Source: Auanema rhodensis (taxonomy: Eukaryota; Animalia; Nematoda). Taken from it: DNA of 64,000 nucleotides. Made by a program: the position numbers and the translations under genes. Where the stretch lies: positions 15,128,001 through 15,192,000 of the forward strand of contig OZ059900.1 of NCBI GenBank assembly GCA_964057225.1. Reading direction: 5' to 3'. The notes beneath the pieces were generated by a model. That model worked only from the letters and a program-made list of their open reading frames with translations, was not told the origin of the DNA and did not search any database. Each line of letters begins with the position of its first letter. Within the stretch, counting starts at the first letter, position 1. Shown here one piece after another: positions 27,101-42,100 of the stretch.

Positions 27101-30100
27101 CACGCTGAAATTCGTTGCATTTGACGACTCATATGAACAAAAATCGATTTAATCAATATTAGCCATAAGGGGCGTGCCCTCAGAATATGCTAATTTTCTT
27201 AATTTTCTAACCCCTGTTTTTTGTCGTGAAAGTGGAACTAGACGTTGTACAAACAATTTTGAGCTAGGTTTTATTGACATTGCATGAGTTTGAACACATG
27301 AAATCGTAAGTCAAAACCTTGTTTAGAGCGAAATTTCCAAAAACTGGTTTTCCAGCATAATAAAATATTTCTCATGGGAAATACTGTGTTTTTGTATTTT
27401 TCTAGTGTTCAGCATGTAAAATGCTTCATTTTAGTATGTAACACGCTGAAATTCGTTGCATTTGACGACTCATATGAACAAAAATCGATTTAATCAATAT
27501 TAGCCATAAGGGGCGTGCCCTCAGAATATGCTAATTTCCTTAATTTTCTAACCCCTGTTTTTTTGTCGTGAAAGTGGAACTAGACGTTGTACGAACAATT
27601 TTGAGCTAGGTTTCATTGACATTGCATGAGTTTGAACACATGAAATCGTAAGTCAAAACCTTGTTTACAGCGAAATTTCCAAAAACTGGTTTTCCAGCAT
27701 AATAAAATATTTCTCATGGGAAATACTGTGTTTTTGTATTTTTCTAGTGTTCAGCATGTAAAATGCTTCATTTTAGTATGTAACACGCTGAAATTCGTTG
27801 CATTTGACGACTCATATGAACAAAAATCGATTTAATCAATATTAGCCATAAGGGGCGTGCCCTCAGAATATGCTAATTCCCTTAATTTTCTAACCCCTGT
27901 TTTTTTGTCGTGAAAGTGGAACTAGACGTTGTACAATCAATTTTGAGCTAGGTTTCATTGACATTGCATGAGTTTGAACACATGAAATCGTAAGTCAAAA
28001 CCTTGTTTACAGCGAAATTTCCAAAAACTGGTTTTCCAGCATATTAAAATATTTCTCATGGGAAATACTGTGTTTTTGTATTTTTCTAGTGTTCAGCATG
28101 TAAAATGCTTCATTTTAGTATGTAACACGCTGAAATTCGTTGCATTTGACGACTCATATGAACAAAAATCGATTTAATCAATATTAGCCATAAGGGGCGT
28201 GCCCTCAGAATATGCTAATTCCCTTAATTTTCTAACCCCTGTTTTTTTGTCGTGAAAGTGGGACTAGACGTTGTACGAACAATTTTGAGCTAGGTTTCAT
28301 TGACATTGCATGAGTTTGAACACATGAAATCGTAAGTCAAAACCTTGTTTACAGCGAAATTTCCAAAAACTGGTTTTCCAGCATAATAAAATATTTTTCA
28401 TGGGAAATACTGTGTTTTTGTATTTTTCTAGTGTTCAGCATGTAAAATACTTCATTTTAGTATGTAACACGCTGAAATTCGTTGCATTTGACGACTCATA
28501 TGAACAAAAATCGATTTAATTAATATTAGCCATAAGGGGCGTGCCCTCAGAATATGCTAATTTCCTTAATTTTCTAACCTCTGTTTTTTTGTCGTGAAAG
28601 TGGGACTAGACGTTGTACGAACAATTTTGAGCTAGGTTTCATTGACATTGCATGAGTTTGAACACATGAAATCGTAAGTCAAAACCTTGTTTACAGCGAA
28701 ATTTCCAAAAACTGGTTTTCCAGCATAATAAAATATTTCTCATGGGAAATACTGTGTTTTTGTATTTTTCTAGTGTTCAGCATGTGAAATGCTTCATTTT
28801 AGTATGTAACACGCTGAAATTCGTTGCATTTGACGACTCATATGAACAAAAATCGATTTAATCAATATTAGCCATAAGGGGCGTGCCCTCAGAATATGCT
28901 AATTCCCTTAATTTTCTAACCCCTGTTTTTTTGTCGTGAAAGTGGAACTAGACGTTGTACGAACAATTTTGAGCTAGGTTTCATTGACATTGCATGAGTT
29001 TGAACACATTAAATCGTAAGTCAAAACCTTGTTTACAGCGAAATTTCCAAAAACTGGTTTTCCAGCATAATAAAATATTTCTCATGGGAAATACTGTGTT
29101 TTTGTATTTTTCTAGTGTTCAGCATGTAAAATGCTTCATTTTAGTATGTAACACGCTGAAATTCGTTGCATTTGACGACTCATATGAACAAAAATCGATT
29201 TAATCAATATTAGCCATAAGGGGCGTGCCCTCAGAATATGCTAATTTCCTTAATTTTCTAACCCCTGTTTTTTTGTCGTGAAAGTGGGACTAGACGTTGT
29301 ACGAACAATTTTGAGCTAGGTTTCATTGACATTGCATGAGTTTGAACACATGAAATCGTAAGTCAAAACCTTGTTTACAGCGAAATTTCCAAAAACTGGT
29401 TTTCCAGCATAATAAAATATTTCTCATGGGAAATACTGTGTTTTTGTATTTTTCTAGTGTTCAGCATGTAAAATGCTTCATTTTAGTATGTAACACGCTG
29501 AAATTCGTTGCATTTGACGACTCATATGAACAAAAATCGATTTAATCAATATTAGCCATAAGGGGCGTGCCCTCAGAATATGCTAATTTCCTTAATTTTC
29601 TAACCCCTGTTTTTTTGTCGTGAAAGTGGAACTAGACGTTGTACGAACAATTTTGAGCTAGGTTTCATTGACATTGCATGAGTTTGAACACATGAAATCG
29701 TAAGTCAAAACCTTGTTTACAGCGAAATTTCCAAAAACTGGTTTTCCAGCATAATAAAATATTTCTCATGGGAAATACTGTGTTTTTGTATTTTTCTAGT
29801 GTTCAGCATGTAAAATGCTTCATTTTAGTATGTAACACGCTGAAATTCGTTGCATTTGACGACTCATATGAACAAAAATCGATTTAATCAATATTAGCCA
29901 TAAGGGGCGTGCCCTCAGAATATGCTAATTTCCTTAATTTTCTAACCGCTGTTTTTTGGCCGTGAAAGTGGGACTAGACGTTGTACAAACAATTTTGAGC
30001 TAGGTTTTATTGACATTGCATGAGTTTGAACACATGAAATCGTAAGTCAAAACCTTGTTTACAGCGAAATTTCCAAAAACTGGTTTTCCAGCATAATAAA

Positions 30101-33100
30101 ATATTTCTCATGGGAAATACTGTGTTTTTGTATTTTTCTAGTGTTCAGCATGTAAAATGCTTCATTTTAGTATGTAACACGCTGAAATTCGTTGCATTTG
30201 ACGACTCATATGAACAAAAATCGATTTAATCAATATTAGCCATAAGGGGCGTGCCCTCAGAATATGCTAATTTCCTTAATTTTCTAACCCCTGTTTTTTT
30301 GTCGTGAAAGTGGGACTAGACGTTGTACGAACAATTTTGAGCTAGGTTTCATTGACATTGCATGAGTTTGAACACATGAAATCGTAAGTCAAAACCTTGT
30401 TTACAGCGAAATTTCCAAAAACTGGTTTTCCAGCATAATAAAATATTTCTCATGGGAAATACTGTGTTTTTGTATTTTTCTAGTGTTCAGCATGTAAAAT
30501 GCTTCATTTTAGTATGTAACACGCTGAAATTCGTTGCATTTGACGACTCATATGAACAAAAATCGATTTAATCAATATTAGCCATAAGGGGCGTGCCCTC
30601 AGAATATGCTAATTCCCTTAATTTTCTAACCCCTGTTTTTTTGTCGTGAAAGTGGGACTAGACGTTGTACGAACAATTTTGAGCTAGGTTTCATTGACAT
30701 TGCATGAGTTTGAACACATGAAATCGTAAGTCAAAACCTTGTTTACAGCGAAATTTCCAAAAACTGGTTTTCCAGCATAATAAAATATTTCTCATGGGAA
30801 ATACTGTGTTTTTGTATTTTTCTAGTGTTCAGCATGTAAAATGCTTCATTTTAGTATGTAACACGCTGAAATTCGTTGCATTTGACGACTCATATGAACA
30901 AAAATCGATTTAATCAATATTAGCCATAAGGGGCGTGCCCTCAGAATATGCTAATTTCCTTAATTTTCTAACCCCTGTTTTTTTGTCGGGAAAGTGGGAC
31001 TAGACGTTGTACGAACAATTTTGAGCTAGGTTTCATTGACATTGCATGAGTTTGAACACATGAAATCGTAAGTCAAAACCTTGTTTACAGCGAAATTTCC
31101 AAAAACTGGTTTTCCAGCATAATAAAATATTTCTCATGGGAAATACTGTGTTTTTGTATTTTTCTAGTGTTCAGCATGTAAAATGCTTCATTTTAGTATG
31201 TAACACGCTGAAATTCGTTGCATTTGACGACTCATATGAACAAAAATCGATTTAATCAATATTAGCCATAAGGGGCGTGCCCTCAGAATATGCTAATTTC
31301 CTTAATTTTCTAACCCCTGTTTTTTGGCCGTGAAAGTGGGACTAGACGTTGTACAAACAATTTTGAGCTAGGTTTTATTGACATTGCATGAGTTTGAACA
31401 CATGAAATCGTAAGTCAAAACCTTGTTTACAGCGAAATTTCCAAAAACTGGTTTTCCAGCATAATAAAATATTTCTCATGGGAAATACTGTGTTTTTGTA
31501 TTTTTCAAGTGTTCAGCATGTAAAATGCTTCATTTTAGTATGTAACACGCTGAAATTCGTTGCATTTGACGACTCATATGAACAAAAATCGATTTAATCA
31601 ATATTAGCCATAAGGGGCGTGCCCTCAGAATATGCTAATTTCCTTAATTTTCTAACCCCTGTTTTTTTGTCGTGAAAGTGGGACTAGACGTTGTACGAAC
31701 AATTTTGAGCTAGGTTTCATTGACATTGCATGAGTTTGAACACATGAAATCGTAAGTCAAAACCTTGTTTACAGCGAAATTTCCAAAAACTGGTTTTCCA
31801 GCATAATAAAATATTTCTCATGGGAAATACTGTGTTTTTGTATTTTTCTAGTGTTCAGCATGTAAAATGCTTCATTTTAGTATGTAACACGCTGAAATTC
31901 GTTGCATTTGACGACTCATATGAACAAAAATCGATTTAATCAATATTAGCCATAAGGGGCGTGCCCTCAGAATATGCTAATTCCCTTAATTTTCTAACCC
32001 CTGTTTTTTTGTCGTGAAAGTGGAACTAGACGTTGTACAAACAATTTTGAGCTAGGTTTCATTGACATTGCATGAGTTTGAACACATGAAATCGTAAGTC
32101 AAAACCTTGTTTACAGCGAAATTTCCAAAAACTGGTTTTCCAGCATAATAAAATATTTCTCATGGGAAATACTGTGTTTTTGTATTTTTCTAGTGTTCAG
32201 CATGTAAAATGCTTCATTTTAGTATGTAACACGCTGAAATTCGTTGCATTTGACGACTCATATGAACAAAAATCGATTTAATCAATATTAGCCATAAGGG
32301 GCGTGCCCTCAGAATATGCTAATTTCCTTAATTTTCTAACCCCTGTTTTTTTGTCGTGAAAGTGGAACTAGACGTTGTACGAACAATTTTGAGCTAGGTT
32401 TCATTGACATTGCATGAGTTTGAACACATGAAATCGTAAGTCAAAACCTTATTTACAGCGAAATTTCCAAAAACTGGTTTTCCAGCATAATAAAATATTT
32501 CTCATGGGAAATACTTTGTTTTTGTATTTTTCTAGTGTTCAGCATGTAAAATGGTTCATTTTAGTGTATGTTACACGCTGAAATTCGTTGCATTTGACGA
32601 CTCATATGAACAAAAATCGATTTAATCAATATTAGCCATAAGGGGCGTGCCCTCAGAATATGCTAATTTCCTTAATTTTTTAACCCCTGTTTTTTTGTCG
32701 TGAAAGTGGAACTAGACGTTGTACGAACAATTTTGAGCTAGGTTTCATTGACATTGCATGAGTTTGAACACATGAAATCGTAAGTCAAAACCTTGTTTAC
32801 AGCGAAATTTCCAAAAACTGGTTTTCCAGCATAATAAAATATTTCTCATGGGAAATACTGTGTTTTTGTATTTTTCTAGTGTTCAGCATGTAAAATGGTT
32901 CATTTTAGTGTATGTTACACGCTGAAATTCGTTGCATTTGACGACTCATATGAACAAAAATCGATTTAATCAATATTAGCCATAAGGGGCGTGCCCTCAG
33001 AATATGCTAATTTCCTTAATTTTTTAACCCCTGTTTTTTTGTCGTGAAAGTGGAACTAGACGTTGTACGAACAATTTTGAGCTAGGTTTCATTGACATTG

Positions 33101-36100
33101 CATGAGTTTGAACACATGAAATCGTAAGTCAAAACCTTGTTTACAGCGAAATTTCCAAAAACTGGTTTTCCAGCATAATAAAATATTTCTCATGGGAAAT
33201 ACTGTGTTTTTGTATTTTTCTAGTGTGCAGCATGTAAAATGCTTCATTTTAGTATGTAACACGCTGAAATTCGTTGCATTTGACGACTCATATGAACAAA
33301 AATCGATTTAATCAATATTAGCCATAAGGGGCGTGCCCTCAGAATATGCTAATTTCCTTAATTTTCTAACCCCTGTTTTTTGTCGTGAAAGTGGAACTAG
33401 ACGTTGTACGAACAATTTTGAGCTAGGTTTCATTGACATTGCATGAGTTTGAACACATGAAATCGTAAGTCAAAACCTAGTTTACAGCGAAATTTCCAAA
33501 AACTGGTTTTCCAGCATAATAAAATATTTCTCATGGGAAATACTGTGTTTTTGTATTTTTCTAGTGTTCAGCATGTGAAATGCTTCATTTTAGTATGTAA
33601 CACGCTGAAATTCGTTGCATTTGACGACTCATATGAACAAAAATCGATTTAATCAATATTAGCCATAAGGGGCGTGCCCTCAGAATATGCTAATTTCCTT
33701 AATTTTCTAACCCCTGTTTTTTGTCGTGAAAGTGGAACTAGACGTTGTACAAACAATTTTGAGCTAGGTTTTATTGACATTGCATGAGTTTGAACACATG
33801 AAATCGTAAGTCAAAACCTTGTTTAGAGCGAAATTTCCAAAAACTGGTTTTCCAGCATAATAAAATATTTCTCATGGGAAATACTGTGTTTTTGTATTTT
33901 TCTAGTGTTCAGCATGTAAAATGCTTCATTTTAGTATGTAACACGCTGAAATTCGTTGCATTTGACGACTCATATGAACAAAAATCGATTTAATCAATAT
34001 TAGCCATAAGGGGCGTGCCCTCAGAATATGCTAATTTTCTTAATTTTCTAACCCCTGTTTTTTTGTCGTGAAAGTGGAACTAGACGTTGTACGAACAATT
34101 TTGAGCTAGGTTTCATTGACATTGCATGAGTTTGAACACATGAAATCGTAAGTCAAAACCTTGTTTACAGCGAAATTTCCAAAAACTGGTTTTCCAGCAT
34201 AATAAAATATTTCTCATGGGAAATACTGTGTTTTTGTATTTTTCTAGTGTTCAGCATGTAAAATGCTTCATTTTAGTATGTAACACGCTGAAATTCGTTG
34301 CATTTGACTACTCATATGAACAAAAATCGATTTAATCAATATTAGCCATAAGGGGCGTGCCCTCAGAATATGCTAATTTCCTTAATTTTCTAACCCCTGT
34401 TTTTTTGTCGTGAAAGTGGAACTAGACGTTGTACGAACAATTTTGAGCTAGGTTTCATTGACATTGCATGAGTTTGAACACATGAAATCGTAAGTCAAAA
34501 CCTAGTTTACAGCGAAATTTCCAAAAACTGGTTTTCCAGCATAATAAAATATTTCTCATGGGAAATACTGTGTTTTTGTATTTTTCTAGTGTTCAGCATG
34601 TAAAATGCTTCATTTTAGTATGTAACACGCTGAAATTCGTTGCATTTGACGACTCATATGAACAAAAATCGATTTAATCAATATTAGCCATAAGGGGCGT
34701 GCCCTCAGAATATGCTAATTTCCTTAATTTTCTAACCCCTGTTTTTTGTCGTGAAAGTGGAACTAGACGTTGTACGAACAATTTTGAGCTAGGTTTCATT
34801 GACATTGCATGAGTTTGAACACATGAAATCGTAAGTCAAAACCTAGTTTACAGCGAAATTTCCAAAAACTGGTTTTCCAGCATAATAAAATATTTCTCAT
34901 GGGAAATACTGTGTTTTTGTATTTTTCTAGTGTTCAGCATGTGAAATGCTTCATTTTAGTATGTAACACGCTGAAATTCGTTGCATTTGACGACTCATAT
35001 GAACAAAAATCGATTTAATCAATATTAGCCATAAGGGGCGTGCCCTCAGAATATGCTAATTTCCTTAATTTTCTAACCCCTGTTTTTTGTCGTGAAAGTG
35101 GAACTAGACGTTGTACAAACAATTTTGAGCTAGGTTTTATTGACATTGCATGAGTTTGAACACATGAAATCGTAAGTCAAAACCTTGTTTAGAGCGAAAT
35201 TTCCAAAAACTGGTTTTCCAGCATAATAAAATATTTCTCATGGGAAATACTGTGTTTTTGTATTTTTCTAGTGTTCAGCATGTAAAATGCTTCATTTTAG
35301 TATGTAACACGCTGAAATTCGTTGCATTTGACGACTCATATGAACAAAAATCGATTTAATCAATATTAGCCATAAGGGGCGTGCCCTCAGAATATGCTAA
35401 TTTCCTTAATTTTCTAACCCCTGTTTTTTTGTCGTGAAAGTGGAACTAGACGTTGTACGAACAATTTTGAGCTAGGTTTCATTGACATTGCATGAGTTTG
35501 AACACATGAAATCGTAAGTCAAAACCTTGTTTACAGCGAAATTTCCAAAAACTGGTTTTCCAGCATAATAAAATATTTCTCATGGGAAATACTGTGTTTT
35601 TGTATTTTTCTAGTGTTCAGCATGTAAAATGCTTCATTTTAGTATGTAACACGCTGAAATTCGTTGCATTTGACGACTCATATGAACAAAAATCGATTTA
35701 ATCAATATTAGCCATAAGGGGCGTGCCCTCAGAATATGCTAATTTCCTTAATTTTCTAACCCCTGTTTTTTTGTCGTGAAAGTGGAACTAGACGTTGTAC
35801 GAACAATTTTGAGCTAGGTTTCATTGACATTGCATGAGTTTGAACACATGAAATCGTAAGTCAAAACCTTGTTTACAGCGAAATTTCCAAAAACTGGTTT
35901 TCCAGCATAATAAAATATTTCTCATGGGAAATACTGTGTTTTTGTATTTTTCTAGTGTTCAGCATGTAAAATGCTTCATTTTAGTATGTAACACGCTGAA
36001 ATTCGTTGCATTTGACTACTCATATGAACAAAAATCGATTTAATCAATATTAGCCATAAGGGGCGTGCCCTCAGAATATGCTAATTTCCTTAATTTTCTA

Positions 36101-39100
36101 ACCCCTGTTTTTTTGTCGTGAAAGTGGAACTAGACGTTGTACGAACAATTTTGAGCTAGGTTTCATTGACATTGCATGAGTTTGAACACATGAAATCGTA
36201 AGTCAAAACCTTGCTTACAGCGAAATTTCCAAAAACTGGTTTTCCAGCATAATAAAATATTTCTCATGGGAAATACTGTGTTTTTGTATTTTTCTAGTGT
36301 TCAGCATGTAAAATGCTTCATTTTAGTATGTAACACGCTGAAATTCGTTGCATTTGACGACTCATATGAACAAAAATCGATTTAATCAATATTAGCCATA
36401 AGGGGCGTGCCCTCAGAATATGCTAATTTCCTTAATTTTCTAACCCCTGTTTTTTTGTCGTGAAAGTGGAACTAGACGTTGTACGAACAATTTTGAGCTA
36501 GGTTTCATTGACATTGCATGAGTTTGAACACATGAAATCGTAAGTCAAAACCTTGTTTACAGCGAAATTTCCAAAAACTTCTTTTCCAGTATAATAAAAT
36601 ATTTCTCATGGGAAATACTGTGTTTTTGTATTTTTCTAGTGTTCAGCATGTAAAATGCTTCATTTTAGTATGTAACACGCTGAAATTCGTTGCATTTGAC
36701 GACTCATATGAACAAAAATCGATTTAATCAATATTAGCCATAAGGGGCGTGCCCTCAGAATATGCTAATTTCCTTAATTTTCTAACCCCTGTTTTTTTGT
36801 CGTGAAAGTGGAACTAGACGTTGTACGAACAATTTTGAGCTAGGTTTCATTGACATTGCATGAGTTTGAACACATGAAATCGTAAGTCAAAACCTTGTTT
36901 ACAGCGAAATTTCCAAAAACTGGTTCTCCAGCATAATAAAATATTTCTCATGGGAAATACTGTGTTTTTGTATTTTTCTAGTGTTCAGCATGTAAAATGG
37001 TTCATTTTAGTGTATGTAACACGCTGAAATTCGTTGCATTTGACGACTCATATGAACAAAAATCGATTTAATCAATATTAGCCATAAGGGGCGTGCCCTC
37101 AGAATATGCTAATTTCCTTAATTTTCTAACCCCTGTTTTTTTGTCGTGAAAGTGGAACTAGACGTTGTACGAACAATTTTGAGCTAGGTTTCATTGACAT
37201 TGCATGAGTTTGAACACATGAAATCGTAAGTCAAAACCTTGTTTACAGCGAAATTTCCAAAAACTGGTTTTCCAGCATAATAAAATATTTCTCATGGGAA
37301 ATACTGTGTTTTTGTATTTTTCTAGTGTTCAGCATGTAAAATGCTTCATTTTAGTTTGTAACACGCTGAAATTCGTTGCATTTGACGACTCATATGAACA
37401 AAAATCGATTTAATCAATATTAGCCATAAGGGGCGTGCCCTCAGAATATGCTAATTTCCTTAATTTTTTAACCCCTGTTTTTTTGTCGTGAAAGTGGAAC
37501 TAGACGTTGTACGAACAATTTTGAGCTAGGTTTCATTGACATTGCATGAGTTTGAACACATGAAATCGTAAGTCAAAACCTTGTTTACAGCGAAATTTCC
37601 AAAAACTGGTTTTCCAGCATAATAAAATATTTCTCATGGGAAATACTGTGTTTTTGTATTTTTCTAGTGTTCAGCATGTAAAATGCTTCATTTTAGTATG
37701 TAACACGCTGAAATTCGTTGCATTTGACGACTCATATGAACAAAAATCGATTTAATCAATATTAGCCATAAGGGGCGTGCCCTCAGAATATGCTAATTTC
37801 CTTAATTTTCTAACCCCTGTTTTTTGTCGTGAAAGTGGAACTAGACGTTGTACGAACAATTTTGAGCTAGGTTTCATTGACATTGCATGAGTTTGAACAC
37901 ATGAAATCGTAAGTCAAAACCTTGTTTACAGCGAAATTTCCAAAAACTGGTTTTCCAGCATAATAAAATATTTCTCATGGGAAATACTGTGTTTTTGTAT
38001 TTTTCTAGTGTTCAGCATGTGAAATGCTTCATTTTAGTATGTAACACGCTGAAATTCGTTGCATTTGACGACTCATATGAACAAAAATCGATTTAATCAA
38101 TATTAGCCATAAGGGGCGTGCCCTCAGAATATGCTAATTTCCTTAATTTTCTAACCCCTGTTTTTTTGTCGTGAAAGTGGAACTAGACGTTGTACGAACA
38201 ATTTTGAGCTAGGTTTCATTGACATTGCATGAGTTTGAACACATGAAATCGTAAGTCAAAACCTTGTTTACAGCGAAATTTCCAAAAACTGGTTTTCCAG
38301 CATAATAAAATATTTCTCATGGGAAATACTGTGTTTTTGTATTTTTCTAGTGTTCAGCATGTAAAATGCTTCATTTTAGTTTGTAACACGCTGAAATTCG
38401 TTGCATTTGACGACTCATATGAACAAAAATCGATTTAATCAATATTAGCCATAAGGGGCGTGCCCTCAGAATATGCTAATTTCCTTAATTTTTTAACCCC
38501 TGTTTTTTTGTCGTGAAAGTGGAACTAGACGTTGTACGAACAATTTTGAGCTAGGTTTCATTGACATTGCATGAGTTTGAACACATGAAATCGTAAGTCA
38601 AAACCTTGTTTACAGCGAAATTTCCAAAAACTGGTTTTCCAGCATAATAAAATATTTCTCATGGGAAATACTGTGTTTTTGTATTTTTCTAGTGTTCAGC
38701 ATGTAAAATGCTTCATTTTAGTATGTAACACGCTGAAATTCGTTGCATTTGACGACTCATATGAACAAAAATCGATTTAATCAATATTAGCCATAAGGGG
38801 CGTGCCCTCAGAATATGCTAATTTCCTTAATTTTCTAACCCCTGTTTTTTGTCGTGAAAGTGGAACTAGACGTTGTACGAACAATTTTGAGCTAGGTTTC
38901 ATTGACATTGCATGAGTTTGAACACATGAAATCGTAAGTCAAAACCTTGTTTACAGCGAAATTTCCAAAAACTGGTTTTCCAGCATAATAAAATATTTCT
39001 CATGGGAAATACTGTGTTTTTGTATTTTTCTAGTGTTCAGCATGTGAAATGCTTCATTTTAGTATGTAACACGCTGAAATTCGTTGCATTTGACGACTCA

Positions 39101-42100
39101 TATGAACAAAAATCGATTTAATCAATATTAGCCATAAGGGGCGTGCCCTCAGAATATGCTAATTTCCTTAATTTTCTAACCCCTGTTTTTTGTCGTGAAA
39201 GTGGAACTAGACGTTGTACAAACAATTTTGAGCTAGGTTTTATTGACATTGCATGAGTTTGAACACATGAAATCGTAAGTCAAAACCTTGTTTAGAGCGA
39301 AATTTCCAAAAACTGGTTTTCCAGCATAATAAAATATTTCTCATGGGAAATACTGTGTTTTTGTATTTTTCTAGTGTTCAGCATGTAAAATGCTTCATTT
39401 TAGTATGTAACACGCTGAAATTCGTTGCATTTGACGACTCATATGAACAAAAATCGATTTAATCAATATTAGCTATAAGGGGCGTGCCCTCAGAATATGC
39501 TAATTTCCTTAATTTTCGAACCCCTGTTTTTTTTGTCGTGAAAGTGGAACTAGACGTTGTACGAACAATTTTGAGCTAGGTGTCATTGACATTGCATGAG
39601 TTTGAACACATGAAATCGTAAGTCAAAACCTTGTTTACAGCGAAATTTCCAAAAACTGGTTTTCCAGCATAATAAAATATTTCTCATGGGAAATACTGTG
39701 TTTTTGTATTTTTCTAGTGTTCAGCATGTAAAATGCTTCATTTTAGTATGTAACACGCTGAAATTCGTTGCATTTGACGACTCATATGAACAAAAATCGA
39801 TTTAATCAATATTAGCCATAAGGGGCGTGCCCTCAGAATATGCTAATTTCCTTAATTTTCTAACCCCTGTTTTTTTGTCGTGAAAGTGGAACTAGACGTT
39901 GTACGAACAATTTTGAGCTAGGTTTCATTGACATTGCATGAGTTTGAACACATGAAATCGTAAGTCAAAACCTTGCTTACAGCGAAATTTCCAAAAACTG
40001 GTTTTCCAGCATAATTAAATATTTCTCATGGGAAATACTGTGTTTTTGTATTTTTCTAGTGTTCAGCATGTAAAATGTTTCATTTTAGTATGTAACACGC
40101 TGAAATTCGTTGCATTTGACGACTCATATGAACAAAAATCGATTTAATCAATATTAGCCATAAGGGGCGTGCCCTCAGAATATGCTAATTTCCTTAATTT
40201 TCTAACCCCTGTTTTTTTGTCGTGAAAGTGGAACTAGACGTTGTACGAACAATTTTGAGCTAGGTTTCATTGACATTGCATGAGGTTGAACACATGAAAT
40301 CGTAAGTCAAAACCTTGTTTACAGCGAAATTTCCAAAAACTGGTTTTCCAGCATAATAAAATATTTCTCATGGGAAATACTGTGTTTTTGTATTTTTCTA
40401 GTGTTCAGCATGTAAAATGCTTCATTTTAGTATGTAACACGCTGAAATTCGTTGCATTTGACGACTCATATGAACAAAAATCGATTTAATCAATATTAGC
40501 CATAAGGGGCGTGCCCTCAGAATATGCTAATTTCCTTAATTTTCTAACCCCTGTTTTTTTTGTCGTGAAAGTGGAACTAGACGTTGTACGAACAATTTTG
40601 AGCTAGGTTTCATTGACATTGCATGAGGTTGAACACATGAAATCGTAAGTCAAAACCTTGTTTACAGCGAAATTTCCAAAAACTGGTTTTCCAGTATAAT
40701 AAAATATTTCTCATGGGAAATACTGTGTTTTTGTATTCTTCTAGTGTTCAGCATGTAAAATGCTTCATTTTAGTATGTAACACGCTGAAATTCGTTGCAT
40801 TTGACGACTCATATGAACAAAAATCGATTTAATCAATATTAGCCATAAGGGGCGTGCCCTCAGAATATGCTAATTTCCTTAATTTTCTAACCCCTGTTTT
40901 TTTTGTCGTGAAAGTGGAACTAGACGTTGTACAAACAATTTTGAGCTAGGTTTCATTGACATTGCATGAGTTTGAACACATGAAATCGTAAGTCAAAACC
41001 TTGTTTACAGCGAAATTTCCAAAAACTGGTTTTCCAGCATAATAAAATATTTCTCATGAGAAATACTGTGTTTTTGTATTTTTCTAGTGTTCAGCATGTA
41101 AAATGCTTCATTTAAGTATGTAACACGCTGAAATTCGTTGCATTTGACGACTCATATGAACAAAAATCGATTTAATCAATATTAGCCATAAGGGGCGTGC
41201 CCTCAGAATATGCTAATTTCCTTAATTTTCTAACCCCTGTTTTTTTGTCGTGAAAGTGGAACTAGACGTTGTACGAACAATTTTGAGCTAGGTTTCATTG
41301 ACATTGCATGAGTTTGAACACATGAAATCGTAAGTCAAAACCTTGTTTACAGCGAAATTTCCAAAAACTGGTTTTCCAGCATAATAAAATATTTCTCATG
41401 GGAAATACTGTGTTTTTGTATTTTTCTAGTGTTCAGCATGTAAAATGCTTCATTTTAGTATGTAACACGCTGAAATTCGTTGCATTTGACGACTCATATG
41501 AACAAAAATCGATTTAATCAATATTAGCCATAAGGGGCGTGCCCTCAGAATATGCTAATTTCCTTAATTTTCTAACCCCTGTTTTTTTGTCGTGAAAGTG
41601 GAACTAGACGTTGTACGAACAATTTTGAGCTAGGTTTCCATGACATTGCATGAGTTTGAACACATGAAATCGTAAGTCAAAACCTTGTTTACAGCGAAAT
41701 TTCCAAAAACTGGTTTTCCAGCATAATAAAATATTTCTCATGAGAAATACTGTGTTTTTGTATTTTTCTAGTGTTCAGCATGTAAAATGCTTCACTTAAG
41801 TATGTAACACGCTGAAATTCGTTGCATTTGACGACTGATATGAACAAAAATCGATTTAATCAATATTAGACATAAGGGGCGTGCCCTCAGAATATGCTAA
41901 TTTCCTTAATTTTCTAACCCCTGTTTTTTGTCGTGAAAGTGGAACTAGACGTTGTACGAACAATTTTGAGCTAGGTTTCATTGACATTGCATGAGTTTGA
42001 ACACATGAAATCGTAAGTCAAAACCTTGTTTACAGCGAAATTTCCAAAAACTGGTTTTCCAGCATAATAAAATATTTCTCATGGGAAATACTGTGTTTTT

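Noticed and set aside
28994-29203. 69-aa ORF in the satellite
   Set aside because: Created by a single G>T SNP (~29010) that removes a stop codon in one monomer
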